Assembly: GCA_002269645.1 (NCBI GenBank)
Contig: NIVC01001265.1
Span: 248,001 to 312,000 of the forward strand
Direction: 5' to 3'
DNA from: Macrostomum lignano
Lineage: Eukaryota
DNA: 64,000 nucleotides
Shown here: positions 29,766 through 41,800 of the stretch, one piece after another
How positions within the stretch are numbered: the stretch's first letter is position 1
Layout of the letters: each line of letters opens with the position of its first letter
Notes under the pieces: generated by a model
The model's database searches: none
Seen by the model: the letters and a program-made list of their open reading frames with translations, nothing else
What the model was told of the DNA's origin: nothing
Program-made: the position numbers and the translations under genes

Positions 29766-30243
29766 ACTGTCTATTCCGGGTGCATTTTTATTTGTACGTT
29801 CTTATTGTCAGCTATTGTTTTTGTATTAAAGCAGGATTTCAGCTCGCTTAAAAATCAGCCATGCACCGTATTCTACATGCATGAACACATGGTTCACTCC
29901 AACAAGTTTTCAAGAAGACTCCTAGAAATCGTTCGTTATACACGATACTGCACTATGACACGATACTGACATACATGTATAACATCAGCTGATGAGGCAG
30001 CATGTTCTTTAGTAGATTTTAATGCAAATGCTCATAAGTACTCATAATCATCTCTGAATGGAAAACAAGAAGTAAAGACAATCAATGTTTTTCCATCTGC
30101 ACTGCCAGTGTTCTTCGTTGCGTTAACTTGAATACATTTATAACGATAAAAATAATAAATCATATGGCTGAGCTCTGATACTCCTCTTTCTTCAATCTGT
30201 GCAACGAATAATATTTGTTATTCATTCCCCTCTTCCACCATCC

Positions 30244-33200
30244 TGTAGCATGCGCAGGCAGGCAGTTCGGCACCTAGTTTGCACTCCGTGACCCCCACCC
30301 AGCCTATCCAATTCCCTCTGCTCGAGCACATCCCAACGCGCACTCAATGAACCGAAAATCTGTGTTCTACCAGACAATAAATATACAGGCACAGCCAATT
30401 CTATTTCTTCACCTTTTTGAGTGGCTAACTAACACTCGCAACAACCAGCCAGAGTTGCTCGCTACATTGGCGTCACAAGCTAGAACCCAATGGCGCTACT
30501 ACAGCTACAGCCGCCATCCGCATTCAGCATTAGCGCGGACCCCCACACCGTCAGCAAGCGCTGGACAGAGTGGGCCACCACACTAAAGCGATTCTTGGCA
30601 GCATCAGGAATTTCGGACGACGCCCAGAAGCAGGAAATCCTCCTGTATACCGCGGGAAAAGAGGTTGCAGACATCTTTAAAGAGATCTCACAGACGCGTC
30701 CCGCCACTGACCAGCCGGAGCAGCAAACGCTTGACTCACTCATAGCTGCGCTAACTCAGCACTTTCAAGGACGCGACAATGTGGTGTTCACCCGGTACCG
30801 ATTCCGCCAGTGCACGCAGCTAGACGGCGAAGGCATCGACAGCTGGTACAACCGACTGTGCAACGCGGCTGAGGCCTGCCAGTTCGGAGAGCTGCGCCAC
30901 TCCCTCATCCGCGACCAGATCGTCGCCTGCTGCCGCAGTGAATCCCTCCGAAAGCGGCTGCTCAACGTGCCCAACATCAGCCTCCCCGAGGCCCTCCAGC
31001 TGGCGAGAACAAACGAAGCAGCCAGCCAGCAAGCGGCAATCATGGAGCGCTCGGCAGCCGGACCAGCTGAAGAAGTGCATGCGGCACGCGACAAGCGCCC
31101 CACCAGGCGCCCGCCAGCCAGCCCGGCCGACAAATGCCTGCGGTGCGGAGAGCCCGGCCAGCGCACTTGCAACCGGGCCCAAGGCAAGCGCTGCAGCAAC
31201 TGCGGCAAGCTGCACCACCTGGCGAAGGCCTGCCTAAGCGGCCGCGCACGCATCAACATGGCAGAGCCTGAGCCAGAGGAACCAGCAGTGGCGCACCTGG
31301 CGGAGGCGGTATTCTCCAGCCTCGACCCCAGCCGCACAAGCGCCACCTTCAAAGCGGTCATCAACGGCGCGAACGTACCCGTCCTGATCGACAGCTTGCG
31401 AGCTGCAACGTGCTCAGCCAGCGGACCCTTCATCTCACGGGAGCACCCGAGCGGGCGCTTCAGCCCACGCACACGAGGGTCTATCCTCTCGGAGCAGCGA
31501 GGCCCCTGACACCCGCTGGCCAGATCACTCTGCACACGAAGATCAACGGCAACTCGGAGAGAGTGCGCTTCATCGTCATCAGAGAGGACTGCATCACCAT
31601 CCTAGGCCGCGAGACAAGCACGCAGATGGGGATGCTGAGGGTCGGACCGCAGGCCGAGACAGCTCTCACCGCCGGACTGACACCAACGGTTAACGACCTG
31701 CACCTTCCGCAAGACTTGCGACTGTCATCGATCATGAAGGAGTTCAGCGACAGGTTTCAAGGAATCGGCTGCATCAAGGGCGTCTCAGTCAGAATCCAGC
31801 TGAAGGAAGAAGCGGTGCCAGTCTGCCACCCTCCGTCTCGAGTTCCAGTGCATCTTCGAACCGCCGTGGAAAAGGAGCTGAAGGGCCAGCTAGCAGCCGG
31901 CATCCTGGAGCGAGTGACGGGGCCCAGCGCTTGGAGTTCACGCATGGTGGTCGTTCCAAAGGCCTCGCCAGGCGAAATCCGCATCACGCAGGACCTGAGG
32001 GACGTCAATAAGTACGTCATTCCAGAAAAGCAGCCAATACCGACATTCGAAGAAGTCACCGACGAGATGGCCGGCTCCACCTATTTCTCCGAACTAGACG
32101 TTGCCAAGGCCTTCCACCAGATCGAGGTCAGTGAGGAGTCCCGGCAGCTGCTCACTTTCTCAACGCCTCTGGGCCTGCTCCGCCTCAAGCGCCTTTGCAT
32201 GGGATTTACCTCAGCATCTGAAATCCTACAGCGCGTCATGACATCTATTCTGAGCGGTTTGAGAGGCGTGCGGTGGGTCCATGACGATATCATTATCTTC
32301 GCCAGCACCATAAATGAGCACAACGAGAGGCTGCGCAACTGTCTTGACAGGCTGCGTCAACACAACGTGACTCTGAACCCCCGCAAATGCCGCATTGCAA
32401 CCCAGCAGGCCGACTTCCTGGCCATGCGCCTCTCGGCGGCCGGAATCCAACCGACCGAGGAAAAGCTGGAAGCTGTGGCCAACTTCAAGCGACCAGAAAA
32501 TGCAACGGACGTGCGGTCCTTTCTCGGACTCGTCACATTCGTAGCCCGCTTCATCCCAAACCTCGCCGACAAAGCGAGGCCACTTCGAGAGCTGACCAAG
32601 AAGAACGTGAAATGGTTGTGGGGTCCACAGCAAGCCTCAGCCTTTCAGACAATCAAGCAGTCGATCGCTCACAGCACCACGCTTGCCTTCTTCAACAAGA
32701 ACTGCGAGACCAGGCTGATCGTCGACGCCAGCCCGACCGGCCTCGGGGCGATCCTCGCCCAGGTGCAACCTGGCGGCCTCACCAGGCCAATCGCCTACGC
32801 CAGCCGCAGCCTCAGTGACACCGAGCAGCGCTACTCGCAGACAGAGAGAGAGGCGCTGGCCGTCAAATTCGGCTGCCTCAAGTTTCACCACTACCTTAGC
32901 GGCTGCCCAAAGTTCAAGGTCATCACCGACCACAAGCCGCTGGTCAGCCTGCTCAGCCCCGGCTCACGGCTCCCGCCGCGGATCGAGCGCATGGCACTTC
33001 GGCTGCAGGATCTCCACTTCGAAGTCATCTACCAGCCGGGGGCAGATAACCCGGCAGATGTCCTAAGCCGCCAGCCACGTCCAACACCACCGAAGAACGA
33101 GGGCGAGGATCTCGACACGGCCTACATCGCAATGACAGCACAGGCAGCAGCGCCGAACAGCATCAGCCTCGAAACGATCAAGGTGGCCGCCGCAGGCGAC

Positions 33201-34862
33201 AAGGCGATCCAAGCCGCCGTATCCGGGCTCCGGTCCCATCGGTGGCAACTCGATAGCCACGACACGCGCAGCCTGCACGGCCTGCGGCACGAGCTCTCAC
33301 AACACGACGGACTCCTGCTCAAAGGGCACCAAATCGTCGTTCCTGCTACTCTGCGCTACCGCTGCCTGCAGCTGGCGCACCAAGGCCACCTGGGTGTCCA
33401 GAAAACATTGGCACGCCTCCAGACAAAGGTCTGGTGGCCCTCAATGCGGGCCTCCGTCGAGAACTTCGTAAACTCCTGCCTCAGCTGCAAGGCCTGCACG
33501 AACACAGCCGAATTGAAGGCAGCCCCACTTTAGCCGACTGAGCTGCCGCAGGGGCCGTGGCTAGAGCTGGGCCTGGACTTCCTGGGACCGATCAGAGGCC
33601 ACATGCTGCTGGTGTGCACCGACTATTTTTCACGTTTCCCACTGGTACAGACAATGTCGGGGTCGACAGCGGCAGCTCCGGTCATCCGAACCCTCCGCCA
33701 GTGGTTCAGCATGTTCGGCCAGCCAGTCAAGATCACCACCGACAACGGCCCGCCATTCTCGTCCGCAGAATTCAACGCCTTCCTGCGCAGCCAGGGCGTC
33801 CACCACCATCGGACTACGCCGCTGCATCCCCAAGCCAACGGACTCGTAGAGCGATGCAACCGAGGCCTCAATAAGGCAATCAGAGCGGCGATTCTGGAAG
33901 GCAGCGACTGGCAGGCGGCACTGGACGACTACCTGGCCGCATACCGGCGAACACCGCACGCAGCAATTGGCATGGCCCCAGCCGACCTGCTATTCGGCCG
34001 ACAGCTCAACGACACGATCCCCAGCTTGCGCCACTCCCGGCCGGTTGACGCCAGGCGACAGACCGTCCGCGGCCACGACTCCAGGGCGAAGGAGCGGATG
34101 AAGGCCTTCGCCGACAGCAAGAGGGGCGCCACCGACCACCAGATCACCGTAGGCGACCTCGTACTCCGCCGACTCACCAACCGCAGCAAGACGGACCCCT
34201 TCTTCGAGGCCTCGCCATGGACCGTGACAGAAGTCGGCGGCAACACCCTGCAGCTCCAACGTGCCTGCCAGAGGTGCTCCAGGCACACCACCCACGTCAA
34301 GCGAGTCTCCCAGGCAGCCGACGAGTGGCCGGGTGACCCCGGAGAACGCGACAGCGGACAGGACAGCCGGCCGGATGAACCAACCGGCCCGCCCGAGCCA
34401 ACCGGCAACCAGGACGTCCCTCTCGCCAACAGGCCGCACCCCCCGACAGGCCAAGGAGATGCCGAAACGCTACGAAGAGGGCGACCGGCGAAAGGCTCTG
34501 GACATCTGACAGCTGGCGGAACAGCAGCAAGGACTGATCATTTACTCTAATGACTGATACTGATTGCTCGATCGCGCGTAACATGAACCCAACGTTGTAC
34601 CCAACCCCACCCCGGGTTCCAATCCACCAGACGAGGGATGTAGCATGCGCAGGCAGGCAGTTCGGGCACCTAGTTTGCACTCCGTGACCCCCACCCAGCC
34701 TATCCAATTCCCTCTGCTCGAGCACATCCCAACGCGCACTCAATGAACCGAAAATCTGTGTTCTACCAGACAATAAATATACAGGCACAGCCAATTCTAT
34801 TTCTTCACCTTTTTGAGTGGCTAACTAACACTCGCAACAACCAGCCAGAGTTGCTCGCTACA
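30244..34862 (+). mobile_element. Full-length Ty3/Gypsy LTR retrotransposon (Mag-like architecture)
   Basis: LTRs at 30244-30466 (223 bp) and 34639-34862 (224 bp) have TGTAGC...GCTACA ends and differ by one G. The 5-bp TSD is CATCC (30239-30243, 34863-34867). A PBS-like TGGCGTCAC lies at 30468 and the purine tract GACGAGGGA precedes the 3' LTR. Domain order is gag-PR-RT-RH-IN. Confidence 0.97.
30490..34550 (+). pseudogene. Gypsy gag-pol polyprotein, interrupted by a frameshift (~31396) and an in-frame TAG (33531-33533)
   Basis: Gag zinc knuckle CSNCGKLHHLAKAC; protease VLIDS/ASCNVL split between frames; RT WVHDDIIIF; RNase H IVDASPTGLGA...EREALAV...TDHKPL; integrase HQGHLG...CLSC, LDFLGP, TDNGPPF, PQANGLVERCN. 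Confidence 0.9.
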
Positions 34863-35125
34863 CATCCCAGATACTCAGTTGCTGGGCCAGCCTCCCAGAC
34901 CCTCAGTTGCTGGGCCAGCCTCCCAGATCCTCAGTTGCTGGGCCAGCCTCCCAGACCCTCAGTTGCTGGGCCAGCCTCCCAGATCCTCAGTTACTGGGCC
35001 ACCGCCAGCCTCCCAGATCCTCAGTTACTGGGCCAGCCTCCAAGATCCTCAGTTGCTGGGCCAGCCTCCCAGACCCTCAGTTGCTAGGCCAGCCTCCCAG
35101 ATCCTCAGTTGCTGGGCAGCCCAGC
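34863..35125. repeat. 28-bp minisatellite family, locus 3, abutting the 3' LTR
   Basis: Same unit as 10575-11135. Confidence 0.95.
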
Positions 35126-36281
35126 ACACAAAGAACTCAGCAGTGCGGACCCGATCTCATCATGAAGCAGTTCAGTATAAAAATGTTTAAGGTTAGCCGC
35201 CCTATCTATGACAGGCCAAGCGCAGACAGACTCAGTCCTGTCAGTAATAATCAATCTATTTATGATAATATATTAAATATTTAGCAAAGTCTAAAAAAGT
35301 GCTTGACACCGCCAGATAGAGGAGACCCAGTCACATCAAAGAGTAAATGTGAGAAAAAGAGAGTAAAAAACAGAATTCAATAAAGCACAGGAGTTGCACT
35401 GTCAGCTTGGTTGTATTGCAGTAATCGAAAGCGATATTGTTAAAATAAAATATCAGTTATCAGGCGAAACCACAGAGAGAAAGCTGAAAGAGTCAGCGAA
35501 ATATGCAGAGAGAAGTGTTTATTTACAGCAGGACAAGCTCAAACAGAAGCCTCGGGCAGCGGCTGTGAGAGCTGGCAAGGCTAAGCCGAAAGCGGGGTTG
35601 GAAATGAAGCTCAAAATAACAATAAATAAACACTATTTGGTAACTTTACGTTACCGACACTAATGACTAAATAGATCACTTGCATATGCGCTATTCAACT
35701 ACTTTTCAAATCAGTAGTATCATTCAAAACAGTTATTATATTATAATTCGCTATTGTTGTCGTCTTTTACTACTGAAATGATTTTGAAAGTAAGTAGTAA
35801 CAGCGAAAGTGACCGATAAATTTATTATAGAAACTTTGGAGAGTTGAAATTTTAAACAGAAAAAGCTCAACGCCAGGTGGCAGGGGCGGATGGAGGAAGC
35901 TGCGGCAATTCGAAAGAAAGCCAATTCGTGGAAGCAGAAGCATAGGCCAAGACCGAAGGCAACATTAATTTCAAATAGCTAAGAATTTCAATATATAATA
36001 GCACAACCAGTAGTACACAACAATGCCATTCCACGCCACCTAATACTTGTACACAATCTTAGGAAATCGAGTTTAATTTGAATTCCCGCCAAAAATAGGC
36101 ATCGCAAAAAACAAATACTAAACGGTATCGGTAGAATAGAATACTGGCCCTGTTTAACAAGATGGTTTGATATTGAACTCTATTTTTTGGGCCTTCAAAA
36201 CAGCTACCTAAATCGAACAACTCAATGGGTAAAAGGCGGGAGTAAAAAGACTGCCTCGTCACCTAATTAGTGTTCCAATTA

Positions 36282-38661
36282 CTACTGGCTAATTAGATGG
36301 TTGATCTTCTCTACCCATTCGCTGGCCAGCCTGGTCTCCTCGGCGTAGAAGCGGAACATTCTCTGAGCTGTCTCCAGCTCCAGGAAGGCGGCCTCGGGCA
36401 CCCGCTTTGGCGCGCCCATGGGCACCCGCCCGGCCAGCCGGACGGATCGGACGTCGGCCAGGTCGATCTCGCCTCGGACAACTCCGACAACGGCGCCAGT
36501 TGGCGACAGAAGCTCCGGCTGTTGTTTGTTGTCATAGTAACGCATTCTGTGATTGGCCGAGTCTAGCACAAAGTAGCGCCGTTTCCATTGGCGGAACACC
36601 TGGCCCTGCTTGTACAGGTAGCCTTCGTGCAGCTGCTGCTGGCGCTGCTGACGCTGCTGATGTTGAGTCGAATGCGACCGCATCGTTGACAGGGTGGACG
36701 ACTGCGACTGGTGGTGATGATGCGACGGCTGAGGCTGCGGCAGTGTCTTGGACGAGGAGGCTGTAGAGGAAGCAGACGCGGCAGATGGCTGTTGCTCCTT
36801 TTCTTGCTGCTGTTGTTGTTGTCGCTGCTGCTGCTGCTGCTGCTGCTGTTGCTGTTGCTGTTGCTGCCGGCTGCCGGGCGGTGTGCAATCGGCTCGGACG
36901 TGAGCGGCGCACTTCTCGTGGCAGGCGAAGCCGCAGGCAACGCAGCGAAGGCCGCCTGTGGCAACCCGTCTGCCGGCGCCAGATTTCCCACCGTCCTGAT
37001 GATTGGTGTGGAGTGAGGCGTGTGTACATTTGGAGGGGTAAATGAGATGGGGCAGGTGAGTGTACATTGAGAGGGGTAAATGAGATGGGGCAGGTGAGTG
37101 TACATTGAGAGGGGTAAATGAGATGGGGCAGGTGAGTGTACATTGGGAGGGGTAAATGAGATGGGGCAGGTGAGTGTACATTGAGAGGGGTAAATGAGAT
37201 GGGGCAGGTGAGTGTACATTGGGGGGGGGGGTAAGAGAGATGGGGCAGGCGAGTGTACATTGGGAGGGGTAAGAGAAATGGGGCAGGCGAGTGTACATTG
37301 GGAGGGGTAAGAGAGATGGGGCAGGTGAGTGTACATTGGGAGGGGTAAATGAGATGGGGCAGGTGAGTGTACATTGGGAGGGGTAAGAGAGATGGAGCAG
37401 GCGAGTGTACATTGGGAGGGGTAAGAGAGATGGGGCAGGCGAGTGTACATTGGGAGGGGTAAGAGAGATGGGGCAGGCGAGTGTACATTGGGAGGGGTAA
37501 GAGAGATGGGGCAGGCGAGTGTACATTGGGAGGGGTAAGAGAGATGGGGCAGGCGAGTGTACATTGGGAGGGGTAAGAGAGATGGGGCAGGCGAGTGTAC
37601 ATTGGGAGGGGTAAGAGAGATGGGGCAGGTGAGTGTACATTGGGAGGGGTAAGAGAGATGGGGCAGGCGAGTGTACATTGGGAGGGGTAAGAGAGATGGA
37701 GCAGGCGAGTGTACATTGGGAGGGGTAAGAGAGATGGGGCAGGCGAGTGTACATTGGGAGGGGTAAGAGAGATGGGGCAGGCGAGTGTACATTGGGAGGG
37801 GTAAGAGAGATGGGGCAGGCGAGTGTACATTGGGAGGGGTAAGAGAGATGGGGCAGGCGAGTGTACACTGGGAGGGGTAAGAGAGATGGGGCAGGCGAGT
37901 GTACATTGGGAGGGGTAAGAGAGATGGGGCAGGCGAGTGTACATTGGGAGGGGTAAGAGAGATGGGGCAGGCGAGTGTACATTGGGAGGGGTAAGAGAGA
38001 TGGGGCAGGTGAGTGTACATTGGGAGGGGTAAGAGAGATGGGGCAGGCGAGTGTACATTGGGAGGGGTAAGAGAGATGGAGCAGGCGAGTGTACATTGGG
38101 AGGGGTAAGAGAGATGGGGCAGGCGAGTGTACATTGGGAGGGGTAAGAGAGATGGGGCAGGCGAGTGTACATTGGGAGGGGTAAGAGATGGGGCAGCGAG
38201 TGTACATTGGGAGGGGTAAGAGCGATGGGCAGGTGAGCGCATGTACGGTTCAACTTCAATGATGCGGAGGCGTGCTTCCTGGGGTTACCTTGACGCCGCC
38301 GCCCGAGATCATCCACACCAGGTGATCGCAATACTGGCAGTGCACGGGACTGGGGAACAGGTGACTGACGAATTTGTGCTGCCTTGTAAACAGGCCGTCC
38401 TGCTGTTGCGGCTGCTGCACAGACTGCTGCTCCTGCTCCTGCTGATCTTGCTGCTGCTGCTGCTGCTGGCACAGGAGATCTCGCGTAGCGCCGATGTGCA
38501 GCTGCTTGACCGCCTCGCGTTGCCATAGCAACGACGGCTCGACGCTGATTGTTGAGCCGTTAAAGTAAGTGTCGCGGAGCAGACCATGCCACAGCTCCTG
38601 ACAGGAGGCACCCTGTAAGGATTTGAAAAGAATGACTAATGCAGACAGAAACAGACAGACT

Positions 38662-38693
<32 letters not shown>

Positions 38694-38696
38694 GGC

Positions 38697-38733
<37 letters not shown>

Positions 38734-38788
38734 CCCATGACAGACAGACAGACAGACACCCATGACAGACAGACAGACAGACACCCAT

Positions 38789-38836
<48 letters not shown>

Positions 38837-41800
38837 CCCATGACAGACCTGAGCAGCGGCCAGCTCCTCGAGCCCCCTAGCCAGGGGACAGGCGGCCCCC
38901 ACAGCCCAGCTGTAGTTGTAGCCCAGCTCAGCCTCCGCAAATTCTGGAGCATCGGCGGCGTCGGCCCCGCTGCCTGAGGCGGTCGCCGCAACCTCCGCCT
39001 GCTGCCTGCGCTCGGCGGCGCACAAGTCGGCGTCGTAGGGCGGCCCGTAGGCGGCGTCCTCGGAGGTGAGGAAGCGCCAGGGCTGCAGCAGCGCCGCGGC
39101 GGTGGCCGGTCGAAGGACGCGAAACTCGCGCCTGGCGCCGAGAGTCGGACTAAACGTCAGGTTGAAGAAGTGCGCCGCCTGGCTGTTCTGCTCGCCAACA
39201 AACTGCCAGAAGTCGTCGTCGTCGTCCTCGGCGTCGGCAGCGGCAGCGGTGCCCGAGGCCCAGGCCAGTCGGTCGGCCTCGCAGTTGCCGAGGAAGTTGC
39301 GGAAGCGGCAGGACACGGAGTGGTAGGCCACGGTGGCCAGGAAGTACTGGTTGAACTCGAACGACAGCGGGAACTGCTGCAGCAGCTGGTGCACGCAGTC
39401 GGCGAACAACAGGAAGTGAGGCGCGAATTGCTGATTGTCGGCGCCCTTCAGCCGGCCGTAGCTAAGAGCGGGGGCGGGAGCCATTATGGCGGATTCTTAG
39501 AAATCGCGTGTAAAGAAAATTTCGATTCGATTTCGCTCATCATATTACTCGGAGAAATCGCTAACAACAATCACTCTAGTTAATAAGATAATCCAACGAC
39601 CCTAACAGCCAATCAGAAACAGCTTAGGCCCCAACTAACCAATCAGAGATAGTCCAGGCCCCAACCAGCCAATCAGAGACAGTCCATGCTCCAACCAGCC
39701 AATCAGAGACAGTCCAGGCCCCAACCAGCCAATCAGAGACAGTCCATGCTCCAAACAGTCAATCAGAGACAGTCCAGGCCCCAACCAGCCAATCAGAGAC
39801 AGTCCACGCTCCAAACAGTCAATCAGAGACAGTCCAGGCCCCAACCAGCCAATCAGAGACAGTCAACGCTCCAAACAGTCAATCAGAGACAGTCCAGGCC
39901 CCAACCAGCCAATCAGAGACAGTCCAGGCCCCAACCAGCCAATCAGAGACAATCCACGCTCCAAACAGTAAATTAGAGACAGTCCAGGCCACAACCAGCC
40001 AATCAGAGACAGTCCATGCTCCAAACAGTCAATCAGAGACAGTCCAGGCGCCAACCAGCCAATCAGAGACAGTCCAGGCCCCAACCAGCCAATCAGAGAC
40101 AGTCCACGCTCCAAAGAGTCTATCAGAGACAGTCCAGGCCCCAAACAGCCAATCAGAAAGCCTCACCGACTATCAAACTGGTGGCCGAACAGCAGCCACT
40201 CCTTCTCTACCAGAGCCCGGAAGCCGGACATGGAGCGATAGTGCGGGTCCAGCATCAGCTGCGCCAGTGCCAGCACGCATGTCGTGGCGTCCCAGCCGTC
40301 TTCCAGCGCCATAAGCACCGAGCAGGCGCCACAGTCGACCAGGTCGGCGACAGCGCCGGCTAGTCGGAGCGAGCGCCGGACCAGTGCCGGCCAGCCGGAT
40401 TCGTCGAATTTGCGCAGAAATCTGTGCCGCTTCTCTTCGCCAGCCAGCAGCAGCTTGCTGGGCAGGCAGACTCGCATGAGCTTCTTGAAGGCGTCCCGGA
40501 CTGACTGGCGGGTTGGATAATCGTCCACTGCCAGCAGCTCTACGCCTTCGGTGCGGTGCGCCTTGATCTGCGGACAGGACAGTAATAACTTCTTTATTTC
40601 CATTCCGATTAATACAGGACAATATGTACTTTTATAATAACTACATGGCCAAAAGTAATTTACCAAAAAGTTAAACGGTTAAGATGCACTTTAATCACAA
40701 TTAGCACGGACTAGATGTACTTTTATCCCACTTTACTGAGGTAAAATGTACTTTTATCTAAACACGGGTATAGATGTAAATACAACCTACGAATGTACGA
40801 GTATCATTACTTAATACATCAACTCCCAAATGACTTGGCATAGAAACTGTCTCGCAAACCTTATTAAGAAACGCCCTATCCGTAAAAATGTACAGCGCAG
40901 TTTGAGTCGCAGTGTCGGTGCCGCCGGCGGCTTGATCGGTATTTGTCAGGTCGGCCATGGACGCCGGCGAGTTGTCGCCTGGAATAGCGGCAGGGCAGGG
41001 GGGGGGGAATGCATCAGTGTTAAACGGGCTGGTTTGACTATCGAGATGCTTACAGTGAAGAAGACAACTGAGTGCGGTGGAGCGTGACATGAACTTTCTG
41101 TGGCAATCTATTTAGCGTTTTTAGGTAGGGTATGGGATTCAGTGTGGGTAGAGTATGGGATTCAGTGTGGGGTAGAGTATGGGATTCACTGTGGGGTACA
41201 GTATGGGATTCAGTGTGGGGTAGAGTATGGGATTCAGTGTGGGGTAGAGTATGGGATTCAGTGTGGGGTACAGTATGGGATTCAGTGTGGGTAGAGTATG
41301 GGATTCAGTGTGGGGTACAGTATGGGATTCAGTGTGGGGTAGAGTATGCGATTCAGTGTGGGGTAGAGTATGGGATTCAGTGTGGGGTAGAGTATGGGAT
41401 TCAGTGTGGGTACAGTATGGGATTCAGTGTGGGGTACAGTATGGTATTCAGTGTGGGTAGAGTATGGGATTCAGTGTGGGGTACAGTATGGGATTCAGTG
41501 TGGGGTAGAGTATGCGATTCAGTGTGGGGTAGAGTATGGGATTCAGTGTGGGTACAGTATGGGATTCAGTGTGGGTACAGTATGGGATTCAGTGTGGGGT
41601 ACAGTATGGTATTCAGTGTGGGGTACAGTATGGGATTCAGTGTGGGGTAGGGTATGGGATTCAGTGTGGGGTACAGTATGGGATTCAGTGTGGGTAGAGT
41701 ATGGGATTCAGTGTGGGGTACAGTATGGGATTCAGTGTGGGGTAGGGTATGGGATTCAGTGTGGGGTAGGGTATGGGATTCAGTGTGGGGTACAGTATGG

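Noticed and set aside
31390-31510. Programmed -1 gag-pol frameshift
   Set aside because: No slippery heptamer is visible and the shift splits the protease DSG motif, so it is better explained as a mutation or sequencing error.
33525-33545. Programmed stop-codon readthrough in pol
   Set aside because: The context (TAG CCG ACT) is not a readthrough motif I recognise, and a single C-to-T change from CAG explains it.
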